The notes under the pieces were generated by a model. It was not told where the DNA came from. It saw nothing but the letters and a program-made list of their open reading frames with translations, and ran no database searches. A stretch of 64,000 bases of DNA from Octopus sinensis (lineage: Eukaryota), in contig NC_043013.1 in assembly GCF_006345805.1 (NCBI RefSeq), positions 19,778,001 through 19,842,000 on the forward strand. Reading direction: 5' to 3'. Numbering within the stretch: the first letter of the stretch is position 1; the number at the start of each line of letters is the position of its first letter. A program made the translations under genes and the position numbers. Of the stretch, positions 40,090 through 54,054 are shown one piece after another.

Positions 40090-40944
40090 CGTAGGCCGAT
40101 GAATAAGTATCAGGACTGTTGCCATAGTAACGAAGTTAAAACACTCACCATAAAGCCGCTGGCCAAAGATAAACCGTACACTCTGTTTTGCATGTACACT
40201 AAGTTTCAACGCTCTAGCTCATTTCTGCTGTTTCAAGCAGTTCTTGGAAGGAAGGTGCGTAGCGAGTGATCGTCGCATTGATCACAACAGAAAGTTTAGC
40301 AGAGAATGAGCACCAAATTTTGCCAAAGGTTTGACGGTACCTGCGATACCTGGCGATAGTTTTCATCGTCCTCGACACAGTCTAGGAAATCTTGTGCAAT
40401 TGAAACCCGAGAGTCGTTTGGTCAGCTGAAAGCAGTTTGGACACAAACTTGCGAGACACGCGTCTCATACTCAAACATTCAGTCATAATGGACTGAAATG
40501 AACCGTAACTAATCTTCACATCCTCTGATAACTCACAGATAATTTCCTTCCACAGCTGCCATGTTATCACCAGTTCTGCTGGATGCAGGCCTCCTAGAAT
40601 ATTTGCAGCTAACGACATTTTTTCAGCAATCCTGGAAACGTCAGGACCACTTGTACACTTGTGTGCGGCTCATACACTCCTCTCCATACACTTTCTGGCA
40701 CCTTGCGTCGATCTCTGAGAATGTATCTCAATGACAACTTTCTCTGCCCTGGTCTTTGCGACGATCACGCTACACACCTTCCTTCCAAGCACTGCTGCAA
40801 ACAACTGAAGGGAGTTGGAATGTTAAAACTAAGTGCGCATGCAAGGCAGAGTTTAAGTTCAATCTTTGCCAAGCCGCTTCATTCTGCATGCTATATAGCT
40901 TCGTTTCTATGGCAACAGTCTCGATACTTATATATCAGCCCTGG
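40090..40944 (-). mobile_element. Internally deleted mariner element
   Basis: TIRs of about 48 bp (taagtatc..gactgttgccatag.aacgaag) at both ends, TA at the right end; ISYGSFQSIMTECLSMRRVSRKFVSKLL is the mariner HTH-linker. Confidence 0.85.
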
Positions 40945-41221
40945 TATATATATATTTGTGTGTGTGTGCGTGTGTATGTCTGTGTGTTTGTGTGAGCGAC
41001 TGAGTGTGTGTGTGTGTGTTTGTGAGTGTGTGTATATAATTTATTGTTCAGTACTATCTGTAGTAACGATATATAGAAATGATATAATAATATATAGGTA
41101 TGATGTATATATATATATAATAACAATATATAATAATATATATTTCTATATAATAACATATAAAAATGATATACAAAAATGATGTATTATAATGTCTCAC
41201 CGTTTCCTTTCTCTTTCTTCA

Positions 41222-41253
41222 TTCTGACGAACAACCATGTTCTAAATGTCAAA
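41222..41253 (+). ncRNA. Decayed minimal hammerhead (H3-like)
   Basis: tt-CTGACGA-A-CAAC-cat-GTTC-TAAAT-GTC-AAA: same layout as 12342-76 but GAAAC reads TAAAT. Confidence 0.35.
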
Positions 41254-41848
41254 ACTCCTTTTTCTTGTTTTAATCTGAGGGTCAGCTTAATACGTTCACG
41301 GTGTACATACTTTTGACTTTCATTGTTTTTGTTTCAATTTATATTTAATTTGTTTATGTATATATAATAATGATATATAGTAAGGATATATGAAAATTAT
41401 ATATAATAATAATATACAGTAATGATATATAGTCGTCATATATAGAAATAATTGTGTTCTAGCAATCTAGCTTATACAGCCTCTCTTTCAGCTTTTGTTT
41501 ACGTTACTATTTATTAAACATCCGTCACAAATTATCATTCTTGTGAAAAGTCTAGGTGAGCAAAATATTTATTGAAATGACTCATGCTTCATAGAAACGT
41601 ATTATTTTGTTAATATGTATATGTATTCGCGTAGGTGTATGTGTGTTTGTGTGCCTTGTGGGTGTGTACATAATACACACAAGCGCACGTTAAGTTATGA
41701 ATGCAATTCAACATAAAACTCAAGGATTTCTCAATAGCTTTTTTCAGAGCACACACTTATTAAACTTCACAGTCACTATCAACGTTTCCATGTAAAAGTT
41801 TAATAAACATAATACAGTTATATATTTATAACCTATTAATATTGTTTC

Positions 41849-41952
<104 letters not shown>

Positions 41953-41954
41953 TG

Positions 41955-42003
<49 letters not shown>

Positions 42004-42005
42004 TG

Positions 42006-42060
<55 letters not shown>

Positions 42061-42119
42061 TAATAATAATAATAATAATTCGAAATAATAATAATAAAAT
42101 GATAATAATAATAATAATA

Positions 42120-43261
42120 ATTCGAAATATCGAATGACTGGATGCTAAAGCTCGTGGAAAATCACGAGAGAGGAAGAAGCTTCATTCTATCATAAAGGAA
42201 AGCAAAAAATTTGCTATTGATCTCGTGCAGGATACCCAAACTGAACAACCCGAGGGAAGTACGGCAACTATTGTTGCAAAGAAGGTGAAAATGATGGCAA
42301 TGAAGAAAGCGCACGAGCAATTGGCTGATAGGTGGGAGGAGAAACCTCTGCACGGCAAATATGTGACCCGCAGCAAACAAGCTGATGTTGACCAGAAGCA
42401 AACCCATCAGTGGCTACGGAGCTCAGGGCTAAAAGTAGAGAGCGAAGGTTTCATCCTGGCTGCTCAAGATCAAAGCCTATTAACCCGGAACTACCAGGCC
42501 AATGTGATGAAAAATGGAGCAGACCCAAAATGCCGATTCTGCAACGACATGATTGAAACAGTGGACCACCTAATCTCTGGATGTAAAGTCTTAGCACCAG
42601 TGGAGTATAAATTAAGACATGACAGAGTTGGCCAATATCTCCACTGGCTAATAAGTCGGCATTACAATATCAAAACTGCCGACAAGTGGTATAATCACCA
42701 CCCTGAGGCTGTAACTGAAGGAGAAAATGTAACCATTCTGTGGGACTTTCCAGTACATACAGACCGAACCATCAAGGCCAATAAACCAGATATTGTTGTG
42801 AAAGACCAAAACAATAAAGTTTGCTTATTGATCGACATGAGGATCCCCTGTGATCATAATATCTCAGCGAAAGAGTTTGACAAGCTCAGAAAATATAAAG
42901 ACCTACTCATTGAAATTGAGAAAATGTGGCATCTCAAGGCGGTTACAATACCAGTGATCGTAGGAGCACTAGGAATGATCAAGAAGGGAACCGAAAATTA
43001 TATGAGAATGATCCCTGGCTTACCATCCCTGCAAGAAGTGCAAAAGATTGTCTTAACTGGTACATCACACGTATTGAGAAGAGCATTGTCGATGTGAGAA
43101 CTATTACTACCCATGTATTTTAATTTAACTTTAAAAAAAAATGAACGAACTAGTGAGTTTATTTTAATGGCCTACCAATGTATACTATGAGTTTCTTTGC
43201 TCTAGGAGTCGAGAAGACACTCGGCAAGAAATGGAAGCAAATTTGAAAGAAGAAAAAAAAG
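42120..43261 (+). mobile_element. R4/Dong-type LINE family B, young 5'-truncated copy (CCHC zinc knuckle plus RLE)
   Basis: Frame open from about 42123 to 43097: WLRSSGLKVESEGF, CRFC...DHLISGC, RHD, KPDIVV, LLIDM, KYKDL; (AAT)n on both sides. Confidence 0.95.
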
Positions 43262-43348
<87 letters not shown>

Positions 43349-43866
43349 GTAATAATAATAAGGAAGCTGTACTCATACACAGAGTAGGGCCCCTAATTAA
43401 CAACAGGCTGGAGGTTGGTAATCAATACGTTATTTAGAATCACCTGGATGCATGTACGTTCATTTTTGATAATATGCTCATCTGTAGTTTATAACAACAA
43501 AAAAGAAAGAAGAGAGAAAAAAGAAAGAAGGGAAAAAAGGACGCTGCACTTATAATACATAACTTAGAAGCAGCGCTACGTATGTACCAGCAGACACGAG
43601 ATTGAGACATGGCTGACCTCACAAACTTCTCATGAGGAATTCCGGAAGGAGCATCGTGAGACCACTGCTGAGAAACTTCCACAAAATGAAAAAGAAAAGC
43701 CGTTCGAAAACCGATTATAGCAGCGACTCCATCTAAAAATATCTGAAGGAATATTATTTCAAAATATCATATCAGACTATTGATGACTAAATTACAACAG
43801 GTAATATAGTTCATTGTCTGTATTATGGTGCATTGTTGTACCATTCAAAACATTTTATTCTTTACA

Positions 43867-43901
<35 letters not shown>

Positions 43902-44013
43902 CAAAATTAATAATAATAATAATAATAACAACAACAACAACAACAATAACAACAACAACAACAATAATAATAATAATAACAACAATAATAATAATAATAG
44001 TAATAATAATAAC

Positions 44014-44450
44014 AGGACTGCGATTTTCAGACGGATCGTGTAATCGAACGCCGTCAGCCGGATATTGTCATATTGAAATAAGAGAGACAAATAGTGGCAG
44101 ATCATTGATGTAGCCATATCAAATAACATGAATGGTGTGAGTAAAGAGGTTGATAAAATCACCAAGTACTCCGATTTGAAAGTGGAAATGGCAAGACAGT
44201 ATAGAATGAGGGACGTTAATATGAAAACTGATACCAGTGGTGATCGGAGCGTTGGGCTCAGTCCCATTGAAGCTTCAAGGATTCCTAAGGTAACTGGAAA
44301 TCTTATGCAAGATTGATGTCTTGCAAAAAGCATCCTTATTGGGCACAGCGCACATTTTAAAGAAAGTATTATCTGTCTAAGGACACCGATGTGTCTTCAC
44401 AGATAACAAAAGACTCCGGTGCATTTTTATCTACGCTGTGTTACGAAGGA
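44014..44450 (+). mobile_element. R4/Dong-type LINE family E 3' end
   Basis: DFQTDRVIERRQPDIVI...KITKYSDLKVEM...VIGALG...LLGTAHILKKVLSV; (AAT)n on both sides. Confidence 0.85.
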
Positions 44451-44542
<92 letters not shown>

Positions 44543-45486
44543 GATGAAGAAACAACAAAAGCTATAAAACAAATGAAATCCAAACTAAAAATAGAACAGC
44601 AACGAGCCATGATAAAACGATGGCAAGAAAAGCCCCTTCATGGTAAATACTGCACTAAACTAAACGCAAAAGAAATAGACAAAGAAAAATCCCAGCAATG
44701 GTTGAGAAGCTCAGGACTCAAAGCAGAAACAGAGGGATTTTTAATTGCAGCACAAGACCAAAGCCTCCCAACCAGAAATTACCAAAAACATGTAATGAAA
44801 AGAAATGTTACAAGTAACTGCAGAATATGTGGAGATGGACAAGAAACAATAAATCATATTATCTCTAGCTGCCCAGTCCTGGCTAAGAAAGAATATATTC
44901 ACAGACATGACAGAGTTGGAACCTACATACATTGGAAGCTATGCCAACATTATGGAATAACAACAGAAAAAAGATGGTATAGGCACACACCAGAAAAGGT
45001 CACAGAAAACGAGAAAGCAACCATACTCTGGGATATGCCGATACACACAGATAGAGAAATTAAGGCCAACAGACCAGATATAGTTGTCAGAGATCATGAA
45101 GAAAAAAAATGCTTTCTAATTGATGTATCAATACCGGCAGATGACAACGTGTCTCTAAAAGAAATGGAGAAACTCTCAAAATACAAAGACCTGGAAATAG
45201 AGATAACTAGAATGTGGAACCTGAAAACAGAAACAATTCCTATCATAGTAGGTGCATTAGGCATGATAAAAAAATATTCAGACAAATACATAACAAAAAC
45301 ACCAGGACTTACAAACACATATAACATACAGAAAATTGCACTACTAGGTACTGCACACATCCTACGCAGAACACTTTCCATACAATAACCATCAGAGCAT
45401 CACAACAAATCACAGCACATACCCAAGGCACACAGATCTGCGCTCGGTAGTGAAGTGAAAGCACGCTATAAAAATAAAAACTACTG
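44543..45486 (+). mobile_element. R4/Dong-type LINE family A, young 5'-truncated copy
   Basis: Uninterrupted frame to the stop at 45388 with CRIC...HIISSC, RHD, RPDIVV, FLIDV, KYKDL; (AAT)n on both sides. Confidence 0.95.
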
Positions 45487-45602
45487 AATAATAATAATAA
45501 TAATATAATAATAATAATAATAATATAATAATAATAATATAATAATAATAATAATAAAATAATAATAATAATAATAATAATATAATAATAATTATAATAA
45601 TA

Positions 45603-46126
45603 AATGCTCTGATGCAGTACCAGGCACTAGGTCTCAGGGCTTCTCATGTTAAGTGATTGGCAGTGTTATCATGTGCATTGATTTGTCTTGATATTAAAGA
45701 TGGGCTACAGTAAATAATTCTGCTCAAAAGCACAGATTTCCTTGTCAATTGTTTGACCATAACCAGTTGAGAATGTCCCTTATTGGCTGACGATATGTGC
45801 ATATCTGATCACGAGAAGAAGTAATGGGGGAGCATCGTAACCATGTGTTTTATTTGGAAACATGAGTGCTTCGTTCAACATCCTTAAACAACCGTCATTC
45901 TGGGTCCATTTGAGTTGGATGGGTTACATAATCTAAAGAAAATTCTAGCTAGGCCGCACCTGCAAGGTCATGCGCTGTTTATCTTGACAGGAGATTACCA
46001 TGTCGTGCACATATGATTGTGATACATGTGCCTGTTGTACCCTTATCATAAGGGATAGTCATGATGGGTATACTAGGCTTCGTATATTTTATCCCTGTGT
46101 CAGTTTGATACACTGCTCTCTCACTC
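45603..46126 (+). mobile_element. Non-coding retroposon family N (about 500 bp) in (AAT)n
   Basis: Reverse-oriented homologue at 47810-48300 with the same two ends; partial copy at about 51640-51900. Confidence 0.8.
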
Positions 46127-46229
<103 letters not shown>

Positions 46230-46280
46230 TTAATAATAATATTAATAATAATAATGATAATAAAAATAATAATAATAATA

Positions 46281-46331
<51 letters not shown>

Positions 46332-46341
46332 AAGATGATGC

Positions 46342-46373
<32 letters not shown>

Positions 46374-46584
46374 GGATCCATACATCGTCATTAACTTCCT
46401 AGTTTTTCTGCCAAGTTCGTTATATATATATTATAGACTGGTCCAGTCTATAATTCCAACTCCATGTACGATTAAGGGTACTACTCTTGAACTTATTGGA
46501 AATTCACCTTTCACTGCAATAATTTTCTGACTCGGCTTGTGTACTCTCTACTGGTAGTGGTTGAGAAAGGTCAGTGGTAGAAGT

Positions 46585-46875
46585 ACTTGGGAATAATGGA
46601 AACAGATGAGATTTAAAAAAATGAAGAAATGAAACAAATTGCCATTAGAGAGTACACAAATTAGCAGTGGAGAGTTGGAATTATAGACTCGACCAGAAAG
46701 GATATAAAAAAAAACTTGACAGAAAGACTAGGAAGTCGTTGATGATGTATGAAGCCCACCATCCGAAAGTTGATATCAACCGACTGTACTTGAGGAGAGA
46801 CCACGGTGGAAGAGGCTAAGCAGCAGTAGAATAATGGGTACAGATGGAAAGAAAATGTCTAATGGAGTATTTACA
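46585..46875 (+). mobile_element. R4/Dong-type RT-thumb fragment
   Basis: LDRKTRKSLMMYEAHHPKVDINRLYLRRDHGGRG. Confidence 0.8.
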
Positions 46876-46879
46876 ATGT

Positions 46880-47700
46880 AATAGGTTGTTTCCTAAAGGC
46901 AGTTGGTTTTTATTTAGGCTCATTTCCTCTCTGTCAAGCCTTGCAGGGTATTGACCACAGAGTGATTTTTTCTCTCCGTTTCTTCTTCAGTATCTCTTGT
47001 AACTCTGTTTTCATGCCCTTTTTTTTTTATTTGTCTCTTTGACTATCTCTGCTATGTTGTAATCTGAGATCAGTGTGACAGTGTGCTTTGGTTCTGTTTT
47101 ATATTTTGTCGCCTCCTTTTGTAGAGAGAAATGCGTTTTCTTTTCTCGTGTTGCTTTACTACATGCAGTAGTCTTCCACTCTTTGTTTCTTTGTACTTTC
47201 CTAGTTCAACAGTTGATATTTTATAGGAGTCCTTCTGAGCGGGGGCAGATATATTCTGTCTGTATCCGCTTTGGGATGGTGATTCGATACACTTAGAAGA
47301 ACCTGGTATTTTTTATCTAGGTTTCTCAATTAACTGGTCTTCCAGTTTATTATTCTAAAGCTGTAGCTTATGACTGGTGTAGCTAGCGTGTTTATCCCTA
47401 TTATTTTATATTTTAGCATTAAGTTCAGTGTTTAAAATTAATCTAACTCTTCTATAGTACTCTCTCCTAATTTTTTTCTTTTATTTATGTGTTGCGTTTT
47501 AGCTGTTTCGTCTATTCCGAAATATTTGCATGTCCAGTTGTGATCTAATTCTCTAATTTCTCTGTCTATGTCGAGTTTAGTGTTTTCAGTGCTGATTAAT
47601 TTGCCCCTTCTCAGTGTGACCTCGGCACATTTGTCCAACCCCATGCTCATTTCGATGTCCTTGCTGAAACTCTGAAATTTTGATAAGGTTTTTCCGTTCC
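46880..47700 (-). mobile_element. R4/Dong-type RT-thumb fragment (convergent)
   Basis: MGLDKCAEVTLRRGKL...IRELD...KYFGI; HHPKADTDRIYLP. Confidence 0.8.
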
Positions 47701-47750
47701 ATGGTGCTTTTAACGATTATTTTTATTATTGTTGTTGTTGTTGTTGTTGT

Positions 47751-47803
<53 letters not shown>

Positions 47804-47809
47804 TTGATT

Positions 47810-48300
47810 TTGAATGAGAGAGAAGTGCATGCCATTAAAGTGACACTAGGGTAGGAATATACGAATTCCCAAATACCCATCATGACAACCCGCCTGATAA
47901 ATGCACACCAGGCACATGCATCACAACCATATGTGCACTACAGGGTGATATCATATCAAGATAAACAGTACATGACCTTGAATGAATTTTGTTTAAGAAT
48001 GCTAAACGAAAAACCCATGTTTCCAGAAGTGAAGTAATTAAACCCCAAATAATTCCTACTAACACATGGCTATGAATGCTCTCCACTACTTCTGCTCATG
48101 ATCGGAGTTGCACATATCGTCAGCCACTGAGGGACATCCTGAAGTGGTTAAGCTCAAACAAATGAAAAGCAAATTTGTGGTATTGAGCAGAATATTTGCT
48201 CTAGGCCATCATTTACACAAAGACAAGGCAAGTACATGATAACACTTCCAATCGGTTAAGATCAGAAGCCATTGGAGCCATTGCGTAGTATTGCATCAAG
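47810..48300 (-). mobile_element. Non-coding retroposon family N copy
   Basis: Homologous to 45603-46126; (ATT)n and (GAT)n flanks. Confidence 0.8.
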
Positions 48301-48333
48301 ATATTATTGTTGTTATTATTATTATTATTATTA

Positions 48334-48387
<54 letters not shown>

Positions 48388-48388
<1 letters not shown>

Positions 48389-48528
48389 TTGGTTTGGCTT
48401 AGGTTCGGTTTTATTCCTGTCAGGATTTATTTTGGTAGCGGGTTACTACCCGTAACGTTACGTATCTACAAGTTTTCAGCAGTCTTTCAAGTGCTTAGAA
48501 CTCTCCTGATAATCCTTGCTGTCGCTGT
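48388..48528 (-). mobile_element. R4/Dong-type LINE family F, extreme 3' end
   Basis: TARIIRRVLST* followed by a short 3' UTR with hairpin cgggtagtaacccg; (ATT)n on both sides. Confidence 0.65.
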
Positions 48529-48549
48529 TACTATTATTATTATTATTTA

Positions 48550-48587
<38 letters not shown>

Positions 48588-48632
48588 TATTATTATTATT
48601 ATTATTATTATATTTATTATTATTATATATTA

Positions 48633-48681
<49 letters not shown>

Positions 48682-48685
48682 ATTA

Positions 48686-48752
<67 letters not shown>

Positions 48753-48777
48753 ATTATTATTATTATTATTATTATTA

Positions 48778-48848
<71 letters not shown>

Positions 48849-51639
48849 TATTATTATTATCAAAACTAAGTTGAAGTATATGCGTTGTGTTTTATTGCAG
48901 TCACTGATTTGTTTTTCAGTTCGGAAAAAAACCCATCCATATACAGATTCACGCATACACATTCAAACCTGCATATGTACGCACAGATTCATGTGTGCGT
49001 ATCCACGTGTAAGCTATCGTTAGATTTATCAGTAATGTGTTATTTCTTAACGTGTTTACGAAAACAAATACACCTATCACGTTTTCTTGATGCACAGAAT
49101 CACCTTTGCTTCTGGGATTTTAATATTACGCAGTAAAATCTAATCTTGCTTCGGTTCGCCAGAGTATATTTCGAAGTGAATCACCAGTGTTATTTTGCCC
49201 ACAGTGATATCACGTGGTTTATAATTTCTAATTACTATGGTGACGTCATGCGTGAAACACGGGAATTGAAATACCTCAGAGAAGAACGTTTGAAGAATTG
49301 ATTCTTAACTGTGATAATTGGAATCAAACTTCCAAAGGGCAGTAAATGTAGGATATCCACCTGTACGGTTTACTTAATCTTCATTCAATAATTGTAGCAT
49401 TTATACACTAGATTGAGGAAATATATAATTACACATTATACACTGACAATAAATAGTTTTATATATATTTTATTCCACAGGGCTCTTTTTGGTTATTGTC
49501 TTATATATATGTCGATACTGAGTTAGCTATTGTCTTACATATATGTGGGGGGGGGTCTCTGGTAAAATAGTTTTCTACGACTTTTACTATACATTATTGT
49601 ATGTCTACTTTGTCATTCTGCCGTAACTAATTTTGGTAATTATGGTGCAGCCCATGCTTCGCTGAAAATTGTCCAAATAAATGCGAAGCATTGCCAGGTG
49701 TTGCTCCTATTCAAATCGATATTCGTCTACGTCTAATTTTGATTTTCCTCACAACATAATTATCACTTTTCAGATTTTTTTAATACTCGATACATTAAAT
49801 ACGTTAACTATCTCATCTATATTAACTCAATTGTGTCAAAGAAACGAATACGGATGCCCGAAAGTTTGAGAAATTTTGCTGAACATCCAGAGCTGCCGGT
49901 TTCAATTTCTGTGTATCGTTTCTTGAGTAAGCTTCTTTTACCATAACCACGGTTCCAGTAATGTATTGTAAGTGAAATAAGGTAGACAGAAACTGTCGGT
50001 AGAATGTTCAATTATTCCCACAGTAATACAACGAGCAAATACATCAGCTGTTCGAACAATGGAATAATTATTGTCGAGGAAGATCCATTTGTTTTAATAA
50101 AATTATATGATTAAATACTATTATTTAATTTTACTGTCTGAACAATTTCTAATAGGAAATTCTTTACATGTTTATCTAACATGTAAAATGTTGTAATTCC
50201 TATTAGCAAATGAAACACATGTAATGGTGAATATATATTTCCAAAAAACTTTCATTTTCCTGTTTTGCTATACAATAACTCTGCAAATAATATTTCCATA
50301 ATTCTTACCTTTTGATATCTATTTTGACTAAAAATACAGCCGCAACCCAGAATACATATTAGATTGTAATAATGGATTCAGCAAATGTGTTTTCCAGAGG
50401 AAACAGCGGGGATTTCCCCTAACTATCAAGATAATATATAATTAAATACTATACATCCTCCCGAACAAATCAGACACCTATATGCGTGTGTGTGCGTGTG
50501 TGCGCGCGTGCATACGTGTGTCGATTTTGTGTGCGCCTATGTATATATGTACGTATGTGTGTATATATGCACTACATCTTTAATATATCATTTAGTGCTC
50601 TTTCTGAAAGGAAGAAGTGGTTTCTAACAACAAAAAAGAAGAAAAGAAATGCTCATTCATTGGAATTGGGATGACAATAATGATAATTGTTATGCGTAGA
50701 AATTTAGAAAAGTCTTCCATATTTTTATTGTTCCTCTTACAGATTGTATCTATAATGAATATGTTAGCCAAGTGCACTGTATGATGTATTGGTTATTGGT
50801 ATGAATTTAAATTCATAGAGTAGAGCAACTGCAGGTTTCGAAGTGATTGTCCTCTGATATTTTTGTCGCCGAGTTTGGAAGAGATGCTCACCATTGTAGT
50901 GCGGCAAACTACTGTGATATTAGATGAGGTTTATTGTTTGACCTCCGAATTCAAAATGACACCATGTTTGCATATAATAAAAGTTTTGACAGAAATTCTC
51001 CTCCAATAATCCTTAGGCTAATATGTATGAAAGCTTTTCATAACTGGGATGTTGTTCGTTATACTTATCCATTGACAGCGTACCCTACAAATAGCAATGT
51101 ATACTGGTTAAGTCACAACTTCATATCGTAACTGCAAATACCACCTCGATGATATTTGGTTGATGCCATGTGTTCTATCCGCTTCAGGAGAGTAACGTGT
51201 ATGTGCCTTTGTGTGTGTTCGTGTGAGTATGTATGTATAAATGTATGTACGTATGTATTCAGACGAACATATAACAAACACAAATACTCACACACATACA
51301 CACACGCACGTAGAGTTTATTTATTGATAATAATGGATTCAAATTCTGACACAAAGCTAGCAATTTGAAGAAGCGTAAGTAGTCGTTTCGTCCGATGCAC
51401 TTACAATTCTGCCAATGAACCATAACATAAACTATACAAGTCAACAGATTAGAATAATTACCGAGTGACATTGGGAAAATGAAAATTCACATTGAGGTGG
51501 CCAGGATTTATACTCAAACCTGAAAGTTTACACTGTGTAACAAAATTCTTTTTCTTTCCTATGGTCAGTAAGTGTTATTTCCTATTTGCTTCTATCTAGG
51601 AATCAAAGAAAATGATTACTATTCACTTTAAACTTTGCT

Positions 51640-51900
51640 TTTCTAACCTGAACATCAATGTTTTGAAACTAAACTATTTTCGATTACCTTTCGGACAAAT
51701 TCAGCGTTGAGTTGCTGAAGCACAAATATCGTTAGAGCAAATATTCTACTCAATATAGATTTGCTTGTCAGTTGCTAGACCTTAAGCACTTGAGCATGTC
51801 TTTTTGCGGTTGAAAATATATGCATCTCTGATAATGAGAAGGAGTGGTAAGAGGGTATCATAACCGTGTGAAGAGAAGGATTCTTTGAGATTTTTTAATA
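51640..51900 (+). mobile_element. Old partial family N copy
   Basis: atattctactcaatatagatttgcttgtcagttg...gagcatgtc aligns with 45710-45850. Confidence 0.6.
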
Positions 51901-53027
51901 AATATCGCAACAGAAGCATAGTGTTATACATCGTTAATTTAACGATGGCACAAACAATTGTCTATATATGATCTAGGTTCGCTTTCACTCTAGAATCAAG
52001 TCCAAATCATATCGACTTTGCTCACATTACAATGGATGACGTCACTTAATTTCATAAACTTTCGTTTCAAATTCCAAACTCAGATTCTACCTAAAAATTC
52101 CAGAAGCTATTTTAGTCAGTTATATCGCTAAATACAAAAGAATGAACACCACAAAGTAAATCTTATGCCATGTAAATTTCATTCTAAGAAATCAATAACG
52201 ATAGTGGGACTATTTTCATTGGCTCCAGAACGATAAAGATAAACGGTATTCCTAGCTTCGTTATAAGTTCCACTTTCGACCATATAATCTCACGAGGCAT
52301 TTTCATTCCTCTGCATATATATCTTTAATGCCGGTACGCACTGGAATATGCCGTGACGAAGGCGAACGCCTGGAGCAGAAAACCCAATTTCTGTACATCA
52401 TAAATGGTTTATTGGTCTGACGCCATAATTACCGACCCTTGCTGGGAGCAACATTTTAGAGACCATCTGCCACTCATTAAGTGATGCGACGAAGGTAGAG
52501 GATTCCATGTAGCAAAAGTCCACGTCACTACTATACACACACACACATACATAATACATATATACATACATACATATATATATAAGCTATAAGCTATAGA
52601 TACATGTGGTTTTTTCGTAAATCGATGAAAGTTTTCATTGACACCACCAGGTTAAAAATTGATGAAACTACTTCTAGTCCATGTCCGCCTGTGGCTCTGG
52701 CAGACGTTTATAGCAAAAGAATTTTTGTAGTGGCGAAATGCTGCAGCATAGAGAGTCCTCACCTCTTATTTTTGTATATATGTAAGACATATCCCTAAAT
52801 GGCTTACCATAAGAAGATAAGCGAAAGAAGGAGACGAATTTGGAGGCTTGAGAGGGATAGGCTGCGAGGACAAAGAAAAAGGCAAAGATATTTTAGAGAG
52901 AAGGAAACTTAGATAAGCTGAAGTGAGAGAAATAGAATAGAGAAATCGATAACTGTGTGTGCATTACATCTCTCCTTCTTTGTCGCTCTCTCTCTCTCTC
53001 TCTAGATATTTGTATATATATATATAT

Positions 53028-53090
<63 letters not shown>

Positions 53091-53105
53091 TATACGTATA
53101 TATAC

Positions 53106-53173
<68 letters not shown>

Positions 53174-54054
53174 GTATATATACATGTATATGCATATAGT
53201 ATCTATCTATATATATACATATGTGAATATATTGTGTATATGTATATATATATATGTGTGTGTATATGTACCCACATACACAAATGCACACACACACACG
53301 TACACACACGCACACACATACGTAACATACTATATAGAAAGAAAGAGAGAGAAAGGGAGAGAAATCGTTCTAAACACATGGGATTTATAAGATAGCTTCA
53401 TCGATTCAGTCTTCATGTAGTGTTATCTTATAGCATCGTTGTCTGGCCGACGGTCTACATATTTTGGAATATGTCCGACACACACACACACACACACACA
53501 CACGCATACAAAACATGATATATATGATTGCAATCATTTTGTGGATATTTCATCGACCAACGACCTGTCTAAAAATAATGTTGCCTGTCCAAGTCGTTTG
53601 TTGTTTCTTTCTGAATAAACAATTTCCAAATTCTTCTTATATAATCTCGTGAGCCGCTGAAGTCGTTCACCGTTGCACTTCATGAGTGATCAGCTGAAGT
53701 ACTCCTTTCCTGCAATCTATGACAACTTGTTGGTTAACGTATTCATTGGAAATCAATCGCTGTTCATAATCAGTATCCAATCGGTTGAAAAACTCTTGTT
53801 ATAACATTGTGTAAAACTAGAAAACCCTTCATATATTCGTACTCAGTCTAAACTGTACCGTAAAGGCTTAAGCCGCCATATCGTAAGACTACAGACATAT
53901 TTGGTTACCTTTAATATTTTTGGAAAATTTTATGAAGTTGAATATATTGTTATCAGTAAATATGAGAAAAGAAGTAAGACTCTTGTTAAAGGCAGCAGCC
54001 ATCCAGATGTAGCCTTTTCAATATAGAGAGACACAATGATGTCGAAACAACTGT

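Noticed and set aside
52345-52385. GTGACGA-A-GGCG-aa-CGCC hairpin
   Set aside because: Not followed by GAAA; stems I and III absent
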